Source: Squalus acanthias (taxonomy: Eukaryota). Taken from it: DNA of 64,000 nucleotides. Both the position numbers and the translations under genes were made by a program. Below are positions 49,402 through 60,739 of the stretch, in pieces (the stretch's first letter is position 1; every line of letters starts with the position of its first letter). A model generated the notes under the pieces. It was given only the letters and a program-made list of their open reading frames with translations. It had not been told where the DNA came from and did not search any database. Where the stretch lies: positions 7,564,001 to 7,628,000 of the forward strand of contig CM059432.1 of NCBI GenBank assembly GCA_030390025.1, in the 5' to 3' direction.

Positions 49402-52400
49402 AAAGTGTTTGTTTAATTTTGCTGCCAGTTCCTTTTCCCCTATTTTAAAATTTCCTGCCTCAGCCTGTAAGGGACCCATGTTTACTTTCGCTAACCTTTT
49501 TCTTTTTACATACCTGTAGAAGCTTTTACAGTCTGTTTTTATGTCTCTCGTCAGTTTACTCTCATTCTATTTTCTGTTTCTTTATCATTTTCTCGGTCCT
49601 CCTTTGATGAATTCTAAAATCCTCCCAATCCTCAGGCTTACTACTCTTTTTGGCAACATTATAGGCCTCTTCCTTTAATCTAATATTATCTTTAATTTCT
49701 ATTGTTAGCCACAGTTGGACCATTTTTCCCATGGTGTTTATATTCCTTAAGGGAATGTATATTTGTTGCGAATTATGAATTATTCCTTTAAATGTTTGCC
49801 ATTGCTTTTCTACTGTCATATCTTTTAATCTAGTTTCCCAACCTACCTTAGCCAACTCGCCTCTCATACCTACTTAGTTTGCTTTGTACAGATTTAGGAC
49901 CCTAGTTTTGGACTTAACTAAATCACTCTCAAACGCAACATAAAATTCTATCATATTATGATCACTGCTCCCCAGAGGCTCCTTTACTACAAGATTATTA
50001 ATTAACCTTGTCTCATTGCACAATACTAGATCTAAAATAACCAATTCCCTTCTAGGTTCTTCGACATACTGGTCTAGAAAACTATCTTGAATGCATTCCA
50101 TGAACTTTTCATCTGCATTATTACTGCAAATTTGGTTTGCCCAGTCTATATGAAAGTTAAAGTCCCCCATGATTACTGTATTAACCCTGTTACATACATC
50201 TCTAATATCCTGATTTATAATCTGCCAGACACTACAACTACTGTTAGGGGGCCTATAAATTACTCCCACCAATGTTTTCTGCCCCTTGTTGTTTCTTCGC
50301 TCCACCCAAACTGATTCTACATTTTGTTTTTCCGAGCCAATATCCTTTCTCTCTGCTGTCTTTATTCCCTCCTTTATTATCAGGGCTACCGCCCCCTCCT
50401 TTTCCATTCTGCCTGTCTCTTCTAAAAGTCAAATATCCTGGAATATTTAGTTCCCAACCTTGGTCACTCTGCAACCACATCTCTGTAATGGCTATTAAAT
50501 CAAACCCATTTATTTCTATCTGTGCTATTAATTCTTCTATTTTGATGCAAATGCTTCGTGCATTCAGATATAGTGCCTTTTTAGCTTTAACTTTATTCTA
50601 TTTTTCCCTGATATCACTTTAGTCACTAATGCCCTATTACCTTTATTAATCTCTCTGTCCCTTCCTGACCTACGCTGCTTATCTTTACCCAGATCACTAC
50701 TCTGCTCTACAGCCTTGACATTTCTCTTACTGCTTTTGAATTTACTCTTTCCTGAATCCTCCCACTCCCCTTCATTAGTTTAAAGCCCTAACTACCACCC
50801 TAATTATTCAGTTCACCAGGACTCTGGTCCCAGCCTGGTTTAAGTGGAGCCCATCCCAACAACACAGCTCCCTCTTTCCCCAGTACTGGTGCCAGTGGCC
50901 CATGAACTGAAACCCCTTCCTCCCACACCACACTTTGAGCCACGCATTTAACTCTCTGATCTGTCTGTCCCTATGCCAATTTGCACGTGGCTCAGGTAAC
51001 AATCCAGCGATTATCACCTTTGAGGTTCTGCGTTTTAATTTGCACCCTAGCTGCTCAAACTCCCTCAGCAGAACCTCATTCCTAAGTTCGTTCCAACCTA
51101 TGTCGTTGGCTCCTATGTGGACCACGACAATGGGATCCTCCCCCTCCCGCTCCAAGTTCTTCTCCAGCTGCAACGAGATATCCTGAAGTGGCGATAAAAT
51201 GGCGGCCGCCGCTCTTTCGCCAGCTGGTGGTGGTTCCCGCGGTGGCCGCCATATTCCTCTTCCCCTTTACGCTGCCGGTAACTGGCAGCACCCTGCAAAA
51301 AAAAAATCGATGTGCAACGCAGACTTAACGTCACCAACGCGAACTTTTGACCCTAGTGCTGGGTCCTGCAAGCAGACTGACAACGGCGCTGTCTGCAGCT
51401 CTTAAAGGGACACACTACATCATTCAGGTAAGTTTGAATTTAAGGGTTTGGACTGGGTTTTTTTGATTTTATTGAAGTGGTGACTTTCTGCAATAGAAAA
51501 GTTTTTTAATGTGTAGGGAGTGCTGCTGGATGCTTGCAAGGGCTCGGATGGTAAATGAAGGCCTTTGAGAAGACAGAACATGCTGCAAATACTCAGCAGG
51601 TCAGGCAACATCTGTGGAGAGAAAAACAGAGTTCACGTCTCTGTTTGACATGCTGCCTGACCGACTGAGTATTTGTGGCATTTTATGCTGTCATTTCACA
51701 TTTACAGCATCCGCTTGCAGAGGGAAGAGGAAGATGCAGAAGAGGAGGAATCAGATGGCAGGATGCATCCCAGACAGCCCTTTTGTGGCCGGGATATCCG
51801 GGATGGAATCATCTGCCTGCAGTCCCACTGGCTGGGCAGGCTGCCTCTTCTTGTTGACCCATTGGCTGGGCAGGCTGCATTTCTTGGGTGTGTGAAATGA
51901 GGAAGGCACAAGGGTGGAGTTGTGCTGACTGGAGGATGGGAAGCCTAGAGGTGCATGCCAGGAGGAGGATAACGTACGAGGATACCAGCATCTTGTAGCC
52001 TTTCAGCCCCGCCGCTGGCCAAGAGCTCAACCATGCCCCTGCCAAGAATGGGCTGCACCGTCTCCTCCAAGGGGGTGAGGTGAGGCTAGGAATGGGAGAT
52101 GTGCCTCGTGATTGGTGCAGATTGTTGGTAGGTGAGTGATTGGGGCCATGCATTGAGCAGTGTGTGAGGCTCGTAGTGCAGTTGGTAGGAGACGGCTTTT
52201 GAAGATACATTCACTGACCTTGACCAGTGGTCTGAGATCATGAAGCTTCTTTGGGCACTGGAGCCAGGTGGTGGGGGCGACACTGCTGGCAGTGATGGCC
52301 TTAGTGACGTACTCCCACATCGTTTTTTCTGGAGGGCCTCCTGGCCCCTGTGGGTAGAGGGCTGCTCTTGCAATGTGGACCCCCTGCTCAAAGCTGGAGT

Positions 52401-52935
52401 GCTGCGTGTGAGACCCTTGGTGCCCCTTCCCTGGCTTACTGAGCCATTTGCGTTAGTGTTGAGGCAGTTTTACCATTTGTTGAGGTGAGGAAGGTAATTC
52501 AGCTTTAACAGCTGAATATTCACATTTGGAACTTCTTTTAAATGTTGAATATTTCTTAAAAGGCAGAAAGGGCTGAAAAACGTATTGATTCACTGCATTT
52601 TATTTTGTATTGCTTCAGTGTGCATGGCCCCTTTAATTCTCCGACCTCTTCATTACCCACAATTCCCTGCGAGCTCCAGAGCTTCGCTCACAGAGGCTGT
52701 GAGAAGCTGCAACGTCGGACCTGGACAGGAACTTCGTCCCAGATCCCTCCAGCAATGCCACCAGGACGGTGCTGCACAGCAGGTGAGTGCTGTGCCACCT
52801 ATTTCCATGCCTCCCGACCAATTTCACTCGGTTAGCGCTGTGGCCATTTCCTGCGGCCGTTAACTGCAGTTACCGGTGACACCGGCAACTTTGCCCGCGA
52901 ACACGAATTTTTCCCCTGGTGTGTTTAGAATCATA

Positions 52936-55495
52936 GGGCTAGAAATTCATTATAGCCAAGGAATGGGCAGTGTTTAGACTAAAAATGGTTAAGTAGCGCC
53001 AGGTGAAAATCGTCTAGACTGCCCGCAATATTCGTCCTCACTCCTCATTAAAATGATTGCAGTCATGATTCTCGTCTAAAAACCCAAGCTCATTGGCGTT
53101 ACACTGAAAACATGGACCAATATCGGGTGTAGTCTAAACGCAAGTAATGATTGCCACAGGCTTTTTTCACTACTTAAAGGGGAGGTTCATTGATGCTGCA
53201 GCACGTCATTCTCAGCATTGTTGTGTGTGCAGCTGCCTCAACAACTATATGAAGGAGGACAAGGAGAAGGAGCACTTATTTACAAATCCTGATGGCAGAT
53301 TGCTGCCCTAGGGAGAGAGCCCGGGGGTTTTCTGAGGAAGCTTTGGAGGCGTTGGTTTGGCGGTGGAGAGAAGGCGGGCGGACCTGTACCAACTGGCAGG
53401 AGGCCCTCGCCACAAGTCTGCCAGACTATGTGGAGGGAGGTGGCACACCACATCATGGACAGTACTGTGGTCCCCAGGACCCACACCCAGTGCTCACACG
53501 GGTGGTCAGGGTGAGTGAATGCTTCAACAAATGCTGCATACCTCTATCTGTACCACAAGCTTCACACACTGCCCAAAGCACCACACCCCCAGCACTCACC
53601 CACCAACAATCTCTACCTAGCAACACTCATACCCACATCTCACACCTTGCACACAGCTATTCAACTATGGCAGGCACAAGGGTCATTAGTTATTAGAATT
53701 CATGTGATATGTGTGATATGTTTATAGATAAATTTATTAATGGTCTTTGGAATATTTTGTGGTCTCTCTCATTTCACCTTTGTGCCCAGGGGGATGCTGT
53801 GATATGGCATGAGACAGGGATGGTATGATGGGGATGTGGTGAGCAACGGGGATCTGGGGTTTCATTCATTCGAATCGCAGTCTGATGAGCCAGTCATGCT
53901 GCCTCCCTCCTCCCTCCTGTTCCTCCTCATCCTCATCCTCATCCTCCTCTGCCTCGTCCTCCTCCTGAGGTGGTCCCACAATCCCTGCTGGCAAGGGCTG
54001 GGCCCTCATGATGGCCAAGCTATGGAGCATGCAACAGACCACTACGAAATGGGACACCCGCTCTGGCGAGTACTGGAGGGCTCCTCCCGAGCGGTCAAGG
54101 CAGCGGAACCGTTGCTTGAGCACCCCGATGGTCTGCTCGATGATGTTCCTGGTGGCGGCATGGCTCTCATTATATGAGTGCTGGGCAGGAGTGTTGGGGT
54201 TGCGGAGGGGAGTCATGAGCCAGGTGGAGAGCGGATAGCCCTTGTCTCCGATGAGCCAGCCGTGAGCTTGATGTGGTGGCTGGAAGAGTGCTGGCACACC
54301 GGTCTGGCACAGGATGAAGGCATCGTGGCTGCTGCCAGGATAGCGGGCACTGACATTGAGGATTCGTTGTCTGTGGTCACACACCAACTGCACATTAAGT
54401 GAGTGAGTGAGTGATATTTAGCAAGTGTTGTACTTTGAAGCCTTTCAAAAATAATGAGAGAGTTTTGCCCTTGCCAGAATACTCCCTGAGCGGATGGACA
54501 TATGAGGAGAGGTTGGGTAGATTGGGACTCTACTCATTGGAGTTCAGAAGAATGAGAGGCGATCTTATTGAAACATATAAGATTGTGAAGGGGTTGGATC
54601 GGGTGGATGCGGGGAGGATGTTCCCGATGATGGGTGAAACTAGAACTAGGGGGCATAGTCTTAGAATAAGGGGCTGCTCTTTCAAAACTGAGATGAGAAG
54701 GAACTACTTCACTCAGAGGGTGGTAGGTCCATGGAATATGCTGCCCCAAAAAGCTGTAGAAGCTACATCATTACATAAATTTAAAACAGAAATAGACAGT
54801 TTCCTAGAAGTAAAGGGAATTAAGGGTTACGGGGAGCGGGCAGGAATTTGGACATGAGTCTAGGTTCGGATCGGTCATGGCCCTGTGGGTAGTGGAGCGG
54901 GCCCAGGGGCCGTGTAGTCTGATCCTGCTCCTATTTCGTGTGTCCAATTCTGTTAGGTTCAGGAGATGGTTCTGTGATAGTAGATTGGCGGTTAGGATCA
55001 GATCAGCCATGATCTTATTGAATGGCGGAGCAGGCTCGAGGGGCCAATTGGCCTACTCCTGCTCCTATTTCTTATGTTCTTATGTTCTTATACCAAAGAA
55101 CCTTGACATGACTATGGAAAACTCTTCCAGTAGCAGGAAGTAGCACACAACCACTCAAACTGCAAAATCCTGACAGGTGCGAGTGATTGGTGAGGATCCC
55201 TTTAAATAGTGTCACTGGAGCTGGCTTCCTGCTGCTGCACATCTGCCTGAAGCTGTTGTTGTTCTCTCCAGCCGGTAAGCACATTGGCTAAAACGAAGTT
55301 GGGAGATCGGGCTCCAGTGAGCGTTGCACACTCACTGACGTCATGATCTCTATCTTGGCGAGGTCCCTGGCGATTGATTTTACTGGCAGCGCTACTGGCA
55401 CCACCAATATGGCATGTGGCGGTGGAACCGGCGTCAGCTGTCGTTACAGCTGTCAATGGCACTTTAGCGCCATCTCCTGGTGCTAACATTTCTCC
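52936..55495 (+). mobile_element. Internally deleted Harbinger (Myb exon 1 remnant 53292-53510 +; transposase C-terminal half 53866-54393 -) with a nested CR1 at 54487-55090
   Basis: TIR GGGCTAGAAATTCATT; QLVCD...[11 protein letters not shown]...GDKGY...RNIIEQTIG...CCMLH; right end degenerate. Confidence 0.85.
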
Positions 55496-55506
55496 ATAGA
55501 ATCATT

Positions 55507-56820
55507 GGGCTAGAAATCCATCATAGCCCAGGAATGGGCGGTATCTTTAGAAAAGTTTGAGAATTAGCACCAGGCACTAATGCTTTAGACTGTACGCAAA
55601 ATTCATTCTCACTGCTCAAAGAAATGATTGGGGCGCTAAATCAAGTCTTAAAGGCCTAGCTCAGTGGCGTTACACTCAAAGGGTGGACCAATATCAGATG
55701 CAGTCTGATCTCAACTCATCATTGCCACAGGCTTTTCCCAGTACTTAAAGGGGTTCATTGATGCTGCAGTACCTCATTCTCTGCATTGCTGGCTGTGCAG
55801 CTGCCTCAGCAAGGAGAAGCACAACAAGGAGAAGAAGTTGGAGGACTGAAGCAGGTGTGCTCATGGCAGATCCACCTCAGTCGGGTGGTCAGGGTGATTG
55901 AATGCTTCAACAAATGCTACACACCACCACCTGTACCACAAGCTTCATACTCTGCCCAAAGCACCACACCCCCAGCACTCATCCACCAACAATCTCTACT
56001 TACCAACACTCACACCCACATCTCACGTCTTGCACATGATTACAGCTATTCAACTATGGCAGGCACAAGGGTCATTAGTTATTTGAATGAATGTCTGTTT
56101 GGAGGACGTGGCAGACTTCTGTAATCACCACCTTGGTGATGCGGTGCCATCTAATACACTGTCCCTCACTTAATTGAAGGTAGGAGAGTTTCTGTTGGAA
56201 TACCCTCGGAGGGTAAGGCCTCCTGGTGAGAGCCCTGATGTCCTTCCTCATCCCTCTGCGCACATGTTCCCATATTTCTCGCTGCCTATGCTCCCTCCAC
56301 CATAGATCCTGGAGGTCGAGGTGTCATGCCAGTACAGCCCTCATTAATGTTGCCAAGTATAGCAGTTTGAATCTTTGAACAATAAATGTAGCCACTTTGC
56401 ACTTGCCAGAACGCTGCTGATAAAAAAGAAGCTTAAAGTTACTCATACAACGTGATCCACTTGGTGAAACTGACAAGAAACCATTGAAACTAACCTGCCC
56501 TGACAGCTGTGAGTGATTAATGCTGATGCCTTTAAATAACGTCGCTGGAGCCGGCTTCCTGCAGCTGTGCGCCTGCTCTCCCTGTCGCTGTCTGGTCGAG
56601 GCGCTAACGTAGGTTGCGAAAATCAATTTTGCAGATTGAGCGGCCAGTACTGATGTCACGGTCTGCCTGACATTGAAGTCCCCTGCGGTACCGCTTACCG
56701 GCGTCGCAATGGGGAGGGATCGGATTTGCCGTGCGTCGCTGGATTCGCCTCGCCCCGGCGCTACTGCATCAGCGCCCCGTTACCGCCCTCTGCTGGCGCT
56801 AATGGGAGGAATCTTCCCCC
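55507..56820 (+). mobile_element. Non-autonomous Harbinger with transposase N-terminal remnant (about 56075-56330, -)
   Basis: TIR GGGCTAGAAATCC; RRPYPPRVFQQ; left part colinear with 52936 onward. Confidence 0.8.
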
Positions 56821-57000
56821 CATAGAATCATAGAATGGTTACAGCACAGAAGGAGGCCATTCGGCCCGTCGAGCCCGTGCCGGCTCTCTGCAAGAGCACT
56901 TCAGCTCGTCCCACTCCCCCACCCTTTCCCCATAGCCCTGCAAATTTTTTTTCCTTCAGCTACTTATCCAATTCCCTTTTGAAAGCCACGATTGAATCTT
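56821..57000 (-). mobile_element. CR1 3' fragment; tail remnants at 52926-52935 and 55496-55506
   Basis: (CATAGAAT)n tail and ACAGCACAGAAGGAGGCCATTCGG. Confidence 0.85.
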
Positions 57001-57097
57001 TTGTTTATTAATTATAAAAAATATCGGCGATGAGGAAAAAAGGGTCTGTTTGACTGACAGTCAAGAAGTATCCAATTGGGTAATGAAGAGTCTGTTT

Positions 57098-57956
57098 GCT
57101 TTCCCAGCGAAGATGGACATGCAACAAGACCTGGACAACGTTCAGGCTTGGGCTGATAAGTGGCAGGTAACATTCGCGCCACAGAAGTGCCAGGCAATGA
57201 CTATCTCCAACAAGTGAGAGTCTAACCACCTCCTCTTGGCATTCAACGGCATTACCATCGCCGAATCCCCCACTATCAACATCCTGGGGGATCACCATTG
57301 ACCAGAAACTTAACTGGACCAGCCACATAAATACTGTGGCATCACGAGCAGGTCAGAGGCTAGGTGTTCTGCAGCGAGTGTCTCACCTCCTGACTCCCCA
57401 AAGCCTTTCCACCATCTATAAGGCACAAGTCAGGAGTGTGATGGAATACTCTCCACTTGCCTGGGTGAGTGCAGCTCCAACAACACTCAAGAAGCTCAAC
57501 ACCATCCAGGACAAAGCAGCCCACTTGATTGGCACCCCATCCACCACCTTAAACATTCACTCCCTCCACCACCGGCACACCGTGGCTGCAGTGTGTACCA
57601 GCTACAATATGCACTGCAGCAACTCACCAAGGCTTCTTCAACAGCACCTCCCAAACCCCCGACCTCTTCCACCGAGAAGGACAAGGGCAGCAGGCACACG
57701 GGAACACCATCAACTCCAAGTTCCCTACTAAGTCACACACCATCCTGACCTGGAAATATAGTTCCATTCCTCCATCGTCGCTGGGTCAAAATCCTGGAAA
57801 TCCCTCCCTAACAGCACTGTGGGAGAACCTTCGCCACACGGAGCGCAGCGGTTCAAGAAGGCGGCTCACCACCACCTTCTCAAGGACAATTAGGGTTGGG
57901 CAATAAATGCTGGGCTTGCCAGCGATGCCCACATCCCAGGAATGAATAAAAAAAAA
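57098..57956 (+). mobile_element. CR1-group LINE 3' fragment (distinct family, poly-A end)
   Basis: QQDLDNVQAWADKWQVTF, IYKAQVRSVMEYSPLAW, SLHHR. Confidence 0.85.
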
Positions 57957-58484
57957 CCCTGCTGCTAGCTGAATAGTTTCTTAAAAAAAGTCATGAGGAG
58001 GAAAGCTTATAATAATTAACAGTAATGATATTGTGATTCCAAATCCTTTTGTCTTAATTTCCCTCGCTCCCCATCTTTCCTGAAGGTACTCATGGTAAGT
58101 ATGGTTCCACAGACATTGACTACCTTCCAATACCTCATTCAAGCAATTATTCTTCACACGTGAGCTTACAGAGTGAATGCCAGCAGGCCATCATACTTTC
58201 CAAGTTGGGTCACCATCGGAAGGGGTTGCCTCTGATGATTTTTCCCTTCACCAGCTCGGTGACATTAAGGTCATTTGTAGGCTGCAGATGGTGACACCAC
58301 TATTCCCGGCCAGAGTGGAATCTGTACTGCTGTAAGTGACCGGGATTGATTTCATGCACTTAATTTGTATTATGTAACTCGTCTCCACTCACTGCATGTT
58401 GCGAGAGAAATAATCCTGCTTTTATCGGGAGACTTTGCTGTAGTTTCGGTCATGTGTTTTGTTTTCTGTACTTCATAGTGACTG

Positions 58485-59073
58485 CTTTTTCTGATATATA
58501 TAAATGGATGTTGGAATACAGAGTAGCACTTCTAAATTTGCCGATGACACCAAACTTGGGGGTGTGGCAAACAGTGAGGATGATACCAATTGACTGCAAC
58601 AGGACATAGAAAGGCTAGCAGAATGGGCAGACAAGTGGCAGATGAAATTTAATATGGAGAAGTGTGAGATGATGCATTTTGGCAGAAGAACAGGGAGAGG
58701 CAATATACACTTAATGGTACAGGTTTAAAGAGTGTGCAGGGACAGAGAGACCTGGGAGTTAATGTGCATAAGTCCCTGAAGGTGGCAGGACATATTGAGA
58801 GTGGTTATCAAAGCATATGGGATCTTGGGCTTCATAAATAGAGGTATTGAGTACTGCGTTCAGTTCTGGTCACCACACTTTAGGAAGGCGCAAAGCAACT
58901 GAATTTTTCCCCCTCAATGTTTTCAAGGGGAGACTGGATAGGCACTTGAGGGAAATAAACTTGCAGGGCTACGGGTATAGAGCGGGGGAATGGGACTGAC
59001 TGGATTGCTCTGCAGAGAGCTGGCACGGACTTGATGGGCTGAATGGTCTCCTTCTGTGCTGTTATGACTCTAT
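58485..59073 (+). mobile_element. CR1 3' fragment with internal deletions (family of 41485-42627)
   Basis: Colinear with about 41670-42627; (ATGACTCT)n tail split by a MITE. Confidence 0.88.
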
Positions 59074-59966
59074 GGGGGAAAAATTCAGTTGCTTTGCGCA
59101 TTCCGTTAGTGCCTTAAGAGGGCACTAATGGGGCGCAAAGCAACTAGCGCCCGGGCGCGGCGATGTTTGCGCCGCTTGCAAAATTGACCAGACATTTTGC
59201 GGCGGCGCTAAACACGACCGCCACGATCTCCTGCGCCTGCAGATCGTGACGTCAATCAAGTGTGCAACACCTCGGTAGCGCCCCAGACCGGATATTGAGT
59301 GGCGCCCCCTGCCTTACCGCCTGCCGCTAGCAACGACAGGTTGAGGGGAGCGTTTTGTAGTCAGGAAGGGACTGGGGGAGCTCTATTTAAAGGCGACCGC
59401 TTCCTGCCTTTTTTTGTCGGCGACATTTTTGCACCACACATTCTGAGAGAGAGAGGAAGACTTCTGGAGAGATTCAACACTGTGTGAAGGAGTTTTGGGT
59501 ACTGAGCAGTACTTTGCAGGTTCATTTTGATTTAACCTTCCTTGCATCGATTTAGAAGAGACTAATGGGGGCTGCACTCTGAGCTCTTTCCCTGGGCCTC
59601 TCCATTGTTCTTTCCAGCAGAATTGATGTACAGGTCTCTCCAGGCCGAGATTCAAGGCTGCAATGAGCAGGGTGTGGATGGAGAGCAAGATCGACCCTCC
59701 CCTTTAAGAACTGGCCGGCGCCAGTGTGTCTGTGTTCCATTGCTGACTGACATCACATGAGCTTCGCCAGTGCTCTGAGGTAGCGCCTCGCTCCTCGGCG
59801 TTAGCGCCTTAAGAGAGATGTGTAGCGCCTGATTTAGCGCTCCAATCACCTTCAGGGGCGATAGAAGCCAAGTTTGCAGTCGGAGGCGATAATTAGCGCC
59901 AGGCACTAAGTTTTGCGCCCGGCCGATAATTGCGCCCCAACCGGGGCGATACCGAATTTCTCCCCC
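59074..59966 (-). mobile_element. Harbinger MITE
   Basis: TIRs GGGGGAAAAATTCAGT / ACCGAATTTCTCCCCC; same family as 7371 and 46796. Confidence 0.92.
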
Positions 59967-60739
59967 CCATGACTCTATGATTCCTTTTAAATAGACTCTT
60001 TCTGCTGAGTAAATAGACTTCGTTGGCAGTGCAGTAGATTCTGTTTGCTGTGAGTCCTGCTGTAGGTCCCACTCCGCCTCTAACTCATTGGCTTACACAG
60101 TGGTGCCAATAGACAATCTGTCATTTGTATTACTCTAATCTGGTGCCACAGCTGAGATCAGCGTCATTGTATTTACGCTGGGTGTGGTCACAAGCGGTCA
60201 GTAAACGAACAACTTTATACACAAACGATTGATGTTTTAAAGACGGACTATTGTGAGCTCATGGGGATCCAACCTTCTTGTCGGTTGTAACCTTACATTA
60301 TCCTTAACGCGTTCATGTCAATTGATAAGTTTTCGTCTGAAAGGTAAGTTTTCCTGCAGCGATTGGGAATTTGGACAATACTCTGCTCATCCTGCACCAA
60401 GTGGAACATGTAGTCACATGAAAGTTGGCCAAGTGCTCAGAGCTGCCAAAAACAATATTGATTTCCATCCAAACTTAGTCCATTATAAGCAGCACGCTTG
60501 CATGGGCTCAGTAATTAGCTGTCATTGGAAAAAATTTCAGGCACGTCACCCAACAAACCATTACTTTATTAACAGCATTAAAATTGCAAGAACTTGGCTC
60601 GACTCCAAAATGAAATATCAACAATAACAGCGTTTGGCTATGTACTTCCACAGTTCACAGTCCAAGTGACTGGAGGGCTTGGAGCGTCTTCAAGAAAGAA
60701 ACAGCGAGCAAAAGATTGCCTCATCACACTCCCTCCCTA

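Larger units (their letters stand above)
40787..51185 (-). mobile_element. Long CR1 LINE split by insertions (pieces 40787-41484, 47687-48720, 49402-51185)
   Basis: RT continues across TSD TGATTCA (41478-41484 and 47687-47693); EN GDFN/SDH; ORF1 SGNH-type esterase HIGANDIG...DGLHL at 50808-51173. Confidence 0.93.
40734..52917 (-). mobile_element. Degraded Harbinger element hosting a ~10.4-kb nested stack
   Basis: TIRs GGGCTAGAAATTCATGT / ACACGAATTTTTCCCCT, GGT on both flanks; Myb exon 1 remnant WEYVTKAI...QCPKKLHDL on minus at about 52215-52445. Confidence 0.6.

Noticed and set aside
60253..60627. ORF and strong AAG|GTAAGT donor near 60343
   Set aside because: No convincing acceptor or recognisable protein; isolated splice-like motifs are common
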